From: Candidatus Heimdallarchaeota archaeon
Lineage (GTDB): Archaea; Asgardarchaeota; Heimdallarchaeia; Heimdallarchaeales; Kariarchaeaceae
Length of the DNA stretch: 32,000 nucleotides
Assembly: GCA_030149205.1 (NCBI GenBank)
Contig: JASBSB010000001.1
Coordinates: 900,001 to 932,000, forward strand
Direction of reading: 5' to 3'
Shown here: one piece after another, positions 1 to 9,427 of the stretch
Layout: each line of letters begins with the position of its first letter
Numbering within the stretch: position 1 is the first letter of the stretch
Position numbers and translations under genes: made by a program
Notes under the pieces: model-generated
What the model saw: only the letters and a program-made list of their open reading frames with translations
What the model was told of the DNA's origin: nothing
The model's database searches: none

Positions 1-304
1 TTTTGGACATTGAGCAACCAATCCACAAAAAGCTTATTGCGAATGCTTCTTTGAGATGGCAAGTAAACCTAGGTCTAATTTTCACACATAAGAACTTTTT
101 TCTCATGGTTATCTTTCAGTGATGTAATACCTAAGGAATGTGAGGGAGTATTTGAATTATCTATCAATACACTAAACCATGGCTTGCTTTCAGTAATCGA
201 TAAGAACAGAAATATAGAGTGATTCATGCAACACTGACTTGGTAAAAAGTGAGACTAGATCTTGAAAACGAACTTTTTTTAAGTCAGTTGTTCTTTATAG
301 ATTC

Positions 305-1252
305 ATGGATCTGCATCGAGGTGTAAAAATAGTAGAAAATGAGAATAAACTTATTTTACTCCCAAATTTGACCACATTTAAATTAGGGTATCTAATTATT
401 CCAACTTCGATTTTGATCTTCTTTTCAATACCAGAGATTATGGCCATTTATCTTTTTGTGAAACATCAATTCTTTCTAACAGTGTCTGATTACTTTTGGA
501 TACTAGGGTTACCCATGCTTGTGTATTTATTTATAATTATTGGAATAACAAGAATTCCATCTATAAAGCAATCATTGCAAATAACCCCAATGTATTATTA
601 TATAATAGTTGTAACTTTTACAATTCTGATACCGTCAGTTGGTCTTGGATTCATCTCCGACACTTTTTTAGTAAACGTCACCAAAGGTCGTCTGTTGTAT
701 ATATTGGCATTTAGTAATTTTAGCATGTTAATATCTTTGAATTTGGGTTTCCTTGCTCTCTCTTTCTATACTTCTATTGTATTAGAAAGAAGAGGAAGGG
801 AGATAACTGGATACTCCTATTTCAGCTACTATATTCTTCCATTTGTCAAAATTCAGAGAAATTCAATCTACAAATCACAAGAACCAATGAAAATGAGATT
901 CTTTATACAAGACAAGAACCGAGAATCAGTAAAAGATGGGCAGGTATATGCGTCTTATTCATATACACTGAATGAATTTTTAAACCTTCAAGAGGGACCC
1001 AACAAGAAATTTTTGCTTGGTCTGTATGGACCTGTTGATCAAGGACCGAATATTTTCGGAGATATTATAATTCAATCCAAAGAGAAAAAGGATATTCTTG
1101 AGACTATACAGAGGATCTCAACATTTTGTAAGGTTGAAATTGTGAAAATACCAGCCATTTTTGAGAAGGTTTCTCTGTCTGGTGCTGTTAAAAATGAATC
1201 TGCCAAAGATGGGAGAACCGCTGAACAGATCCTAACCGAAATGAAAACATAA
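305..1252 (+). CDS. Hypothetical membrane protein (about 4 TM segments plus soluble C-terminal domain)
   Basis: 315-aa ORF; four hydrophobic stretches in residues ~25-160, then a polar domain. No family recognised. Confidence 0.75.
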   Translation: MDLHRGVKIVENENKLILLPNLTTFKLGYLIIPTSILIFFSIPEIMAIYLFVKHQFFLTVSDYFWILGLPMLVYLFIIIGITRIPSIKQSLQITPMYYYIIVVTFTILIPSVGLGFISDTFLVNVTKGRLLYILAFSNFSMLISLNLGFLALSFYTSIVLERRGREITGYSYFSYYILPFVKIQRNSIYKSQEPMKMRFFIQDKNRESVKDGQVYASYSYTLNEFLNLQEGPNKKFLLGLYGPVDQGPNIFGDIIIQSKEKKDILETIQRISTFCKVEIVKIPAIFEKVSLSGAVKNESAKDGRTAEQILTEMKT

Positions 1253-1481
1253 CTTGTATTTCATTGAAATTTCTGAGTATTTACATCCCTCTCGTATTCA
1301 ACTGCATCAGACCAATAAATTGTTGATTTACCTTGTTAACAACATATTGACCGTCCCTCCTGTAAGTGATTCCCAGTTACCATACCCAGATGATATTTTC
1401 CCACCCTGAGACACTTTTAAAATTTTACAGATCCATTAAACCACCCGCTTAACCGTTAATTGGTAAATAGGATTACATTTT

Positions 1482-1640
1482 TCATAAAACTTGAAGAATT
1501 GTGTCTATTGCAAATAAAGCTATAGCATTTGCTGTATTATCTGCAAAAGCATCCCCTTGGCTCCTCCAAGGCAAGCTTGCAATGTAACGGAGAATAATTG
1601 ACCTATTGAGTATACTACATCTCAAAAGGTACTGTGGATA
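1482..1640 (-). pseudogene. Degraded remnant of a variable CT domain
   Basis: Manual translation ...ILRYIASLPWRSQGDAFADNTANAIALFAIDTILQVL* resembles ILMAIKSLPWWEQAFSFAAAAADSAAA of the full-length precursor; no start codon, upstream stop. Confidence 0.5.
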
Positions 1641-1710
1641 GATCCAAGGTCAGAATTAAGAGTTGGAATAATTTCTGGGAATGTTGTTATCAAATTGATC
1701 CACGAGGAAA

Positions 1711-1817
1711 CATTACCAATAATCCGTAAGCATGAAACTACCAATTATTGCTAATAAAGCTGATGTTGAAGGATAGAGGGTTTGATAAGTCTTAAGAACC
1801 AAAATAATCTAGATTTA
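1711..1817. repeat. ~107-bp dispersed direct repeat, copy 1 (others at 5254-5360 and 18053-18159)
   Basis: Shared core GCTGATGTTGAAGGATAGAGGG...AAGAACCAAAATA in all three copies. Confidence 0.9.
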
Positions 1818-1820
1818 TAA

Positions 1821-2060
1821 ATGACATATATCCTTGAAAATGATGAAGCCATTAATCTTGTTCAATTCAAATTGGAATCGATTCAAGAAGCTATTTCATC
1901 AATTTTAGATATGTGGAAAATTTCAACCATTGAGGAATTTTTGGATTTAACGAAGGAAGGTCAATTAGATGCAGCAGTCATGGATGCTATATCCATGCGT
2001 CAATTAATTCTTGACTTGGAGAAGTATCAAAGAATTTTACGAAAGCTAAAGGAAGGCTAA
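1821..2060 (+). CDS. Putative antitoxin partner of the downstream DUF6516 protein
   Basis: 79-aa acidic helical ORF, 2 nt upstream of the DUF6516-like gene; two-gene TA-like layout. Confidence 0.6.
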   Translation: MTYILENDEAINLVQFKLESIQEAISSILDMWKISTIEEFLDLTKEGQLDAAVMDAISMRQLILDLEKYQRILRKLKEG

Positions 2061-2062
2061 TA

Positions 2063-2428
2063 TTGTCAGATTCACTCATTAACCTTGATGTTGCAAGGAA
2101 TTTGATCATGGAAAATTTATCCTCTTATCTTAAATCAACCACAATTAGTGAATTAATGAGGGAGTTAAAACTTGTGTTTGATGCAGGGTTTACACTATTC
2201 ATTAGATACAATGATTATGGAGAGTATGGATATCAACTAATGTTTTCAAACAAAAAGTATGATTATGTACGATTTGATAACTATGATAAAGAATGGGAGG
2301 TTTCAACCAAACCTCATCATTTTCATTCTAAAGACCCTAAGAGTGTGATAGAAAGTCCAAAGAATGGTGACCCATCGCATGATATTCCCATATTATGTGA
2401 TTTTATTATTCAAGAGCTAAATTTGTAA
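2063..2428 (+). CDS. DUF6516 / TumE-like toxin family protein
   Basis: Motif VRFDNYDKEWEVSTKPHHFH matches the family pattern R[WY]DN...ST.PHH.H; 121 aa, TTG start. Confidence 0.7.
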   Translation: MSDSLINLDVARNLIMENLSSYLKSTTISELMRELKLVFDAGFTLFIRYNDYGEYGYQLMFSNKKYDYVRFDNYDKEWEVSTKPHHFHSKDPKSVIESPKNGDPSHDIPILCDFIIQELNL

Positions 2429-2609
2429 TTCTATTCATTTTAAAGAAAATCCAAAATGAAAATCCAAGCGATTAAAAAAATCTTTATCGGGTCATTAGTT
2501 TCAACCCCCGCAATGACTGGATAGCCATACCATGAAAAATTTTGGAAAAAAAATATTATAATAGGGTTAATGCACAAGAAATATAAACAATTTTTCTGTT
2601 TTTAGCATC

Positions 2610-2912
2610 ATGTGCCCTCAGGCAGTGGAAAGTGAACCTTCGGTTAAAAAGGGAGATACCAGCATTATCCTCTTAAGAATCATGATTCTTATATTTGTTG
2701 GCATCATGTACCCGGTCTTAGTGCATTTGATAGCAGGGAGGGAACCGAGATTCATGTCCTGGAACATTTCATTCTTCCCCTATTCAATAAACTTTGTACT
2801 GGTGGTAGGATTACTTTATTTTCTGTTTTATCTAGGATACAAGCAGGAGGAGTTCAAAAAAGCAGCACTTGAAACCAATTATTCACTTGACCGAGAGGTC
2901 AAAAATAAGTAA
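2610..2912 (+). CDS. Small 2-TM membrane protein (gene X, copy 1)
   Basis: Nearly identical to 10407-10742 over ~85 aa; reading frame conserved in both copies. Confidence 0.7.
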   Translation: MCPQAVESEPSVKKGDTSIILLRIMILIFVGIMYPVLVHLIAGREPRFMSWNISFFPYSINFVLVVGLLYFLFYLGYKQEEFKKAALETNYSLDREVKNK

Positions 2913-3188
2913 GAACACCAGCATAGTTATTGATATTCCAAAAAAGTATATCAGAAAATATGCCCTCTTGTGTTGTGTTTCGAATGTCATAAGTTTCTCT
3001 CTGTACACAGTAAGGAGAATGACAATCCAAAGTAATAACATATATGAATTATCTAATAGCGAAAATTTGTATACAGTGAAAAAATTTAGATAGATCGCTA
3101 GAATTACATAAATAATGGACAGTATAATAGCTAAACCAATATACCTTCGAAATTTTTTCTCATCCTCAGGACTAAAGGCAAGTTGCAT
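2883..3188 (-). CDS. 3-TM putative immunity/partner protein of CT type B
   Basis: Likely start ATG 3188 (MQLAFSPED..., AGGAG upstream). Homologous to 10907-11224 (FETQHKRAYFLIYFFGIS vs FQAKHKRISIFISALGVS). Confidence 0.75.
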   Translation of the reverse strand: MQLAFSPEDEKKFRRYIGLAIILSIIYVILAIYLNFFTVYKFSLLDNSYMLLLWIVILLTVYREKLMTFETQHKRAYFLIYFFGISITMLVFLLIFDLSVK

Positions 3189-3223
3189 ATATCTTCTCCT
3201 ATGATACTTCATTAATAAGTATA

Positions 3224-3345
3224 TCACCAAAAATGCGTGTTTGCATCGATAAATTTACTGTGAATAATGTTAAATACACTAATCCTGCAGATGCAGGGAG
3301 ACAAAAGATGTGAAGCAGCTAAAAGTACGAACTGCGACCACCCAA
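3224..3345 (-). pseudogene. CT type B remnant
   Basis: Reads AGLVYLTLFTVN/(1-nt deletion)FIDANTHFW* versus AGLMYFLTLFTVDFIDANTHYW* of 11243-11929. Confidence 0.8.
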
Positions 3346-3458
3346 TCCTCTTAAGTTTATAAATATCAATTGTTTAAGAGGCCTATCCGTTTGCTGAAGA
3401 CCATAGAAGAGAACTTGATTTATTTTCTAGTTGGTTGTGAACATGACCTTAAAACAGA

Positions 3459-3812
3459 CTAAAAGAACTGACTAAATAGTTGCATAGCTGCAGGAAAACT
3501 GCTCCAGAAAAGGAAGCCTAACACCAAAGCAAATATTACATTCACGATGACCTTCTGTTTCATGGGTATCTCCTCTCTGGGTCTTCGCTTATACCCGATC
3601 CTCTCGAACTGTTCCTCTTGCTCTTGAAGCAGCTCATCACGAAGAAAAAATATTGGAAAGAAAACAAGAAAGAGAGTCCAAATTACCACCCCTACAAGTG
3701 TTAAAACAGCCATCATTTCGGTCTTGGGACTAAAAGACAAGAAAAACATATCGCTGAAAATTATCAGCAGAGCTCTCCATTCACTGATTGTTCGAATCAT
3801 ATTCATATTCAT
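3459..3812 (-). CDS. Putative immunity/partner membrane protein of CT type A
   Basis: Start overlaps the precursor stop (TAATG). 3 hydrophobic segments. Homologous to 12067-12411 (FFPIFFLRDELL vs FFPLIFLRKETL). Confidence 0.8.
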   Translation of the reverse strand: MNMNMIRTISEWRALLIIFSDMFFLSFSPKTEMMAVLTLVGVVIWTLFLVFFPIFFLRDELLQEQEEQFERIGYKRRPREEIPMKQKVIVNVIFALVLGFLFWSSFPAAMQLFSQFF

Positions 3813-4894
3813 TACACCACAGTAATGTATGGGTCAGGATCACATAAATCTTTTATGGCTGCGTTTATTGATAGCATCAACCCATATAACCCATAGATTA
3901 AGGCTAGGGTCTTTAAATAGGGGGCTGCTGTTGCTGCCGCTGAATCTGCTGCTGCTGCAGCAAAAGAAAATGCCTGCTCCCACCATGGTAAAGATTTAAT
4001 TGCCATCAAAATTACTGAATAGATGAAACTTATCACAGCTACGATCACACTAAAAACACCATATGCATCACCATAGAAGATACCTTCTAAAAATGTTAAC
4101 ATTGTCATCGACATTCGACTGTTTAACCAAAAGAAAGCAGCAAAAAAGCGAATTTTGTTTACAAGTCTTCCGGAAGAAGCTAAAGTTGCTGTAAACAGTA
4201 TCCCTGCGATTGCTCCCACAATTGATGGTGCTGCATAATACCTTTCATTTGCGCTAAAATACCCTTCGTGATATGTGGTATGATAAATAGATTCACAAAT
4301 GCCAAGGAAATCGAAATTCAGTGGATTGTTTAGAACCAATTTTAATCTTCTAAAGAACGAGTTAAAAGCTCCTATTGTTTTGGAAAGATAGGCAGCAACA
4401 TACAAGGCACCTAGCACAGGTTCAATCCTCCCATTAAATGTTATTACCATCTTATTAGAGTCTACTGTAAGCTGCTTTAAACTTACTGAATCACAGGAGA
4501 GGAAGAAGTGCCTCTGAGAAACAGAGCTCTTCACCAGTGTGCTGATGAGGTTCCAGCTGATTAGCCCACCCTGTGAGAGGATGCCTTTGCTGTTGCCGTG
4601 TCCCACCCAAATGACTGGGCCAGTCCAGCTCAGGATCTGAGCGTTTGTCAGTGAGAACTGTGTGATGACTGCCATGGGGAAGTTGCTGAGCAGTGTTTGA
4701 ACTGCCTTCTGCTCTGCCATGCTGTTGCCAAAGACAACCAGCAGAGGACTGACCTGTGATGTTGCACTGGACTGTGGGACCAGTGGTGTCAGCAGGTTGA
4801 CGAGAATTGGGCTGCTTATCCCCGACAGGGAGATGGAGAGGACGAGAAACCCAACTGTTGTTAGTTTGAGAAATTGTTCGAATTTCGTAAACAT
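3812..4894 (-). CDS. Full-length precursor: signal/TM + caspase/CHAT-like (clan CD) peptidase domain + hydrophobic variable CT (type A)
   Basis: Likely start ATG 4894 (MFTKFEQFLKL + hydrophobic stretch), ~43 nt downstream of a TATA box; the ORF track extends to 4969. PVIWVGHG (His codon 4598-4600) and HFFLSCDS (Cys codon 4493-4495), followed by VITFNGRIEPVLGA, match clan CD strand-HG / strand-C motifs. The CT is Ala-rich and hydrophobic and ends CDPDPYITVV. Confidence 0.75.
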   Translation of the reverse strand: MFTKFEQFLKLTTVGFLVLSISLSGISSPILVNLLTPLVPQSSATSQVSPLLVVFGNSMAEQKAVQTLLSNFPMAVITQFSLTNAQILSWTGPVIWVGHGNSKGILSQGGLISWNLISTLVKSSVSQRHFFLSCDSVSLKQLTVDSNKMVITFNGRIEPVLGALYVAAYLSKTIGAFNSFFRRLKLVLNNPLNFDFLGICESIYHTTYHEGYFSANERYYAAPSIVGAIAGILFTATLASSGRLVNKIRFFAAFFWLNSRMSMTMLTFLEGIFYGDAYGVFSVIVAVISFIYSVILMAIKSLPWWEQAFSFAAAAADSAAATAAPYLKTLALIYGLYGLMLSINAAIKDLCDPDPYITVV

Positions 4895-4934
4895 GTCCTG
4901 AGAGTATAACTCTCTGAGTAGGTTTAGCATGTGG

Positions 4935-5360
4935 TGTATAAAAACCCTTACCGTTTTTTTTTTTTGCAAACTTTAATTTTTGAAATTCACAATTGTATGA
5001 AAAATATGCTAAGTGTAAAAATTTTTACTGTGAATTTTGCGGTTGCAAAAATATGTTTCACAGGAATATGGATAGAATGCCCTTAAATCGCTAAATAGTC
5101 AAGTCAGTTTTTCTATAGCGTAAATTTTTTTATCTAGGCTGTTAATTGATTTTATAAGTGAAAAATTGTGGATGTAATTCAATAATTTATGTAAACAACT
5201 AATTTTTTACAAACTTATGCATTATCCCTTTATTAAACTTTGTTCATGTTAGCTATCACCAGTTATCCGTAAGTAAGAAACTACCATTTATTGCAAATAA
5301 CGCTGATGTTGAAGGATAGAGGGTTTGATACGTCTAAAGAACCAAAATACTCTAGATTTA
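4935..5360. repeat. ~430-bp duplicated non-coding upstream element, copy 1 (copy 2 at 17731-18159)
   Basis: Colinear alignment by eye over the whole length, e.g. TTTGCAAACTTTA.TTTTTGAAATTCAC.ATTGTAT and CAAGTCAGTTTTT.TATAG; roughly 75-80% identity (estimate). Confidence 0.9.
4937..4944 (-). promoter_or_regulatory. Archaeal TATA box for the precursor operon
   Basis: TTTTTATA on the minus strand; the equivalent box sits at 17733-17740 in the duplicated element. Confidence 0.55.
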
Positions 5361-5422
5361 TTCATGCTGAATTTCAGGTAGATATGCAGGCACTCAGTCT
5401 ATAAACTACATTATCAAGATTT

Positions 5423-6127
5423 TCAGACCAATACGAGCTTTAATTTTGACCTCCACGGTGCAGGAAGTTTGTATGTAAGATAATTGGCTACAATGCCATA
5501 GGGTAAAAATATAAACAGAATGGCGATAAGAATATTGGGTATATTTAGGGTTAAGACACGTGTGAAGGGGAGATAAGGTGATTTGTTGCTACTGGGTCCA
5601 CTAAAGGCAGTTAGAGGAACTGCAAAATACACAACTGTTGCAATCATAAATGGATAAAGCCCCCTAAAGAATTTCAACCCTCTTACATAGTTTTTAGATA
5701 AGTTTATCTGATTTAAGTGAAGTGCAGCAATTTTTTTTATTTCAAGTAAAGATACTCCAAACATAAAAAGAGTGAATATTAGATAGGAGACTAAATGTAT
5801 CCAGGTGTTCGAAAATGCTGGAAAGTAAAGAATGAAACTTAAGATAATTATTAAGATAAAAATAGAAGTTCGAATAAAATTTAATTGTCTCACTTTAATT
5901 GAATAAATTGTATCACAGTTATTAATCAAGGTATTGATAAAACAATATTTACTGCAAAAATTACACATTTCTTGTATTAAAAATTCTGTCAGTGAATTGG
6001 CTATTTTATTTACAGGGCTAAAAAACGCCCCTGCAACGCTGGCTGCATCAGGACCTAGAGCTATAATTTTAACTGCTTTATTTCTATATTTTGACCTATA
6101 GAGGGCACTCATAGCTGTCTCTTTCAA
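5423..6127 (-). CDS. Hypothetical 4-TM membrane protein, possibly with a fused CT remnant at its N-terminus
   Basis: 234-aa ORF; four TM-like segments in the last ~160 aa; true start uncertain. Confidence 0.6.
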   Translation of the reverse strand: MKETAMSALYRSKYRNKAVKIIALGPDAASVAGAFFSPVNKIANSLTEFLIQEMCNFCSKYCFINTLINNCDTIYSIKVRQLNFIRTSIFILIIILSFILYFPAFSNTWIHLVSYLIFTLFMFGVSLLEIKKIAALHLNQINLSKNYVRGLKFFRGLYPFMIATVVYFAVPLTAFSGPSSNKSPYLPFTRVLTLNIPNILIAILFIFLPYGIVANYLTYKLPAPWRSKLKLVLV

Positions 6128-6938
6128 TGAACCCTGCCTCCTCCTCCGTTACCTGCCAGCCAGTGCACTGCCTCAGATCTGAGATGAACGCATCACAGAG
6201 CTCCTGTGAGCTCCAAAACACGATATAACGCAGGTCATTATGCTCAACAATGGCGGCAAAGGCCTTACTTCCGGGGAACTCTGTATCTTCCTTGGTTTTA
6301 TACAAGAAATTTTTCTTGATAATCAGCACTTGGTCAGCCAATGAGAACCTCACAGACCGATATTTTCCATACTTTGACCAGATCTTGAGGGAAAACATCT
6401 CATTTGAATGGTTTATGACGAGAATGACCCGGTGCATAATTCGCATTACCCAGTTTGCGAAGACATACATGATAGCTCCACCAGGGAACCCTATTAAAAT
6501 CACAGGGAGAAAATATAATGTGCTGTTAGACACTTGAATATTTGGCAACCAAAGATAAATATAGCTCAACAGGTAAATAATCAATGAAATAATGAAAGCA
6601 ATCATGTTTTTAGTCACCCCATCAAATGCTGGGAGCACTTCTGAGTGTCTATATTTCTTACGATAGATTCTGATACCAGAGACCGTTCCGAAATAAGTTA
6701 TAAGAGAAGCATTGACTGTTAATAATAATCCTAGAAGGGTCACCGAGCTGAAGACGACGATCGTGTGAAAGCCATATGATGTAATTACAGCCAACCCCAC
6801 TACAAAGAGTCCAAGTATAAGCGGAAGAAAGATGGAGCTAATCATAAGCATGTATCTAATAGGGGCCACAAACCTGTACTCACAGACCTGTTTCTCCGGG
6901 TCATAGTGAAAGAAGTACAAATATTGATGATCTATCAT
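6096..6938 (-). CDS. 4-TM + soluble C-terminal domain partner protein (paralog of 13503-14351)
   Basis: 280 aa; C-terminal ~85 aa nearly identical to the 282-aa paralog (KKNFLYKT.EDTEFPGSK...RQCTGWQVTEEEAGFIERDSYE.PL). Confidence 0.85.
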   Translation of the reverse strand: MIDHQYLYFFHYDPEKQVCEYRFVAPIRYMLMISSIFLPLILGLFVVGLAVITSYGFHTIVVFSSVTLLGLLLTVNASLITYFGTVSGIRIYRKKYRHSEVLPAFDGVTKNMIAFIISLIIYLLSYIYLWLPNIQVSNSTLYFLPVILIGFPGGAIMYVFANWVMRIMHRVILVINHSNEMFSLKIWSKYGKYRSVRFSLADQVLIIKKNFLYKTKEDTEFPGSKAFAAIVEHNDLRYIVFWSSQELCDAFISDLRQCTGWQVTEEEAGFIERDSYECPL

Positions 6939-6974
6939 AAGTCTAACAACAACTCATTTGTTTTAAACAACACT

Positions 6975-7172
6975 TTATCCAAATCTCCATGATGGCAAAT
7001 TAGAAATATCATCTGTATCTATGAGATTATTCCATACCTTGAGAACCCACAAGAAAGTCACAAGAATTATTGAAGAAATTTGGATAACTTTCAATAATTC
7101 TGTTCCACCACAAGAGACCGAAATTTCCGCAATTGAGAGACCACTCTCCTGCAACCAAGGGACACCGAACAT
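6975..7172 (-). pseudogene. CT remnant (type C)
   Basis: FGVPWLQESGLSIAEISVS...LWVLKVWNNLIDTDD carries the PW.Q motif, a hydrophobic helix and an acidic tail; lies 36 nt upstream of the 280-aa partner. Confidence 0.5.
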
Positions 7173-7239
7173 GTGTTGATTGACCTGTCATTCAACTTAA
7201 AGCCACCACTACAGATATCATGGTGGTTGTTTCCATATC

Positions 7240-8079
7240 TTAATCCTTAGAACCTTGCTGCGTCTTTGGTGGTAAATTTACATACCAGGTGCGACCACCC
7301 AATGCCCCTGAATTCCTAGATACCAATTGTTTAAGGGGCTTTTCCACTTGGGGAAGTCCATGAGCAATAATCTCTCGCTCTTTAACAGTAAATTCTGTGC
7401 CATCCTTCTTGGCTATTTTTCCTAGATCAACATTGGACACTCTTTTCTTGTAATTAAGAACATGTAGGATCAGAGTAAAACTATAAAACAAATTCCAGGC
7501 TACTAGACTGGCAGTGAAAAAAGCGACAAAGTAAACATTGTTGGCAACTAGCGGAGACATTATCTGAGGCATTGCAAATAAGGCTAATATTAGTAGTACA
7601 GGATACCCTATAAGTGGAAACCATGAAAGCAGCACTCCACCGATTCTTATCGGTTTGGGTAGCTCATAAAACAACCCCTCACTCTTGAGCGTCTGATGGA
7701 TGCCAGAAATATGTTGACGAAAACGGTCATCTGGGTAGATCTGATACAGCTTGTAAGGCTGTTCCTGTTGGATCAGCCCCAGCACTAAGTTTTCTGAGGA
7801 AGATAGACGGAATGATTTGGATTGATGGTCTAGACCTAAGTAGACAAATCGTTTGTCTATGGAGATCAGCCCCTTTTCTAACAGACTGTAAAGAACACAG
7901 GTCACAAGCCTGACCTTCCCACCATAGAGATAGCCCCAGACCTCAAATTCATGACCTGGGACATCTGGTGCGGTTTTGAGGTGAACACCCAAATTTGTGG
8001 CGATAACAAGAATGAGGGGAGTAAGTGTTCCGGATACTGTAATAACAGCTAGCATAACTGTTAGCAAGAGAAGCAACAT
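7240..8079 (-). CDS. TIGR04222-like membrane protein, copy 1 (partner of CT type D)
   Basis: FEVWGYLYGGKVRLVTCVLYSLLEKGLI resembles the YE.AYL.GG..R....L..L...GL signature; N-terminal TM plus two later TMs. Confidence 0.65.
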   Translation of the reverse strand: MLLLLLTVMLAVITVSGTLTPLILVIATNLGVHLKTAPDVPGHEFEVWGYLYGGKVRLVTCVLYSLLEKGLISIDKRFVYLGLDHQSKSFRLSSSENLVLGLIQQEQPYKLYQIYPDDRFRQHISGIHQTLKSEGLFYELPKPIRIGGVLLSWFPLIGYPVLLILALFAMPQIMSPLVANNVYFVAFFTASLVAWNLFYSFTLILHVLNYKKRVSNVDLGKIAKKDGTEFTVKEREIIAHGLPQVEKPLKQLVSRNSGALGGRTWYVNLPPKTQQGSKD

Positions 8080-8127
8080 ATCTTCATATCACCCTAGTTT
8101 TTGGATACTTGAATCCAATAAAAATCT

Positions 8128-8835
8128 TTAGATTATCTCCCAAGGCATACTCGCTATTCCGTCCGGGTCGGGCAAATCTGACGCGACTCCCGCAAGAAAC
8201 CACCCCCAGCTTAATAAGCCTGCTAATATTAAGCTAGCTCTAACAATCCAGTATGCAGGGGTACTTGCTGCCATAAGTTCTGAACCGACACCAAGAAGTG
8301 CCTAAAATGATAACCTACATGCTACTGCAACCATAATGGATGCAATGATAGGTACAAGCCCCCATAAAGCACCGAGAAATGCACCTACACTTATTCCTTT
8401 TACCAATAACCCAACGAAATTTGCCATTGGAGTTACAATTGGTAAAATAAACTTTACGATAACGGTCTTGAGTGTACCTTTTATTATTGAGTAAGTAGAA
8501 AGAACTAGACTTGTTAAAAGCAGCACAAAATTTAATGTGTCCCAAAAGGGTTCTGCACCATAAAAATTAGGAAAAGACCCAATAAGAAACAATAGTTTTG
8601 TAGCACCAGATATTAGATTCTGAGTATAAGCCCCCAAATTTTTAGTCAAATACCTCCACGGATTCAATAGGTTCAGGATCTTCGCTAAATTATATGAGAT
8701 AAGATTTGCTCCAATTATTGCATCAATAGCAGTTCCAAAGCTGTAGACATACTTGCCGGTTGCAGAGGTGAGCTCTGTGACCTTGGAAGAGTCACAGGAG
8801 AGGAAGAAGTGCCTCTGAGTAGCAGAACCCTTCAC
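8128..8835 (-). pseudogene. Orphan cassette type D with one in-frame TAG at 8302-8304
   Basis: Starts VKGSATQRHFFLSCDS. After the TAG the frame stays open for 57 codons: ALLGVGSELMAASTPAYWIVRASLILAGLLSWGWFLAGVASDLPDPDGIASMPWEII*. Confidence 0.85.
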
Positions 8836-9001
8836 CGGTATTTGGAAATCGATAAAGAGTTGGAGAGACTACAAAAACCTACTAATAAACATTTCCAGCT
8901 TTTCCCGAGGTTAATATTTGAAGTACATTGAATACCTTGATGGACACTGGTAACGCTTATTTTGCTCATTCCTACTGTTTTATATTTGGAGCCGACATCA
9001 C

Positions 9002-9427
9002 CTATTTTTTCCAACCTTTTATCAGATAATATATTCCTATGAAAGACACTATTATGATATATGCTAGAAGACTTACGGGATAATTGCCTAAAACAAAAAC
9101 CGCATAGATGGATATGGTTTCTAATGTTAGGAAAAGGTTTACCTTTCGATCTTTGCCAAGTTTTTTAGTTTGCAAATACGTCTTCAAAAAATATAAGAGG
9201 ACAACAAAAACAAGAGAATACAAGGTTATGAAACCTGCAATCACAATCTCCTGAAAAATATGGAAGTCGTCTCTTAACACTCTCAAACTGGCTCCCAAGA
9301 AATAAAAAGCAACTAACCCATACCACAGGTTCAGTTTATCCTGATTAGTGAGTGAAGGTGAGGGTTTAGAATTCTCTTCTCCATTAAATTTAAAGGTATA
9401 CAATTTCTGGCCTCCTTGTTTAATCAT
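9002..9427 (-). CDS. 4-TM putative immunity/partner protein of CT type E
   Basis: 141 aa; its start overlaps the stop of 9420-10235 by 8 nt. Confidence 0.75.
   Translation of the reverse strand: MIKQGGQKLYTFKFNGEENSKPSPSLTNQDKLNLWYGLVAFYFLGASLRVLRDDFHIFQEIVIAGFITLYSLVFVVLLYFLKTYLQTKKLGKDRKVNLFLTLETISIYAVFVLGNYPVSLLAYIIIVSFIGIYYLIKGWKK

Noticed and set aside
1732-1776. Plus-strand mini-ORF MKLPIIANKADVEG resembling a GTPase NKxD motif
   Set aside because: Only 14 codons, the ATG is absent in the other two repeat copies, and no other GTPase motif is nearby.
2440-2545. Minus-strand FSWYGYPVIAG... as a TIGR04222-like partner remnant
   Set aside because: The similarity is only a few residues and could be chance.
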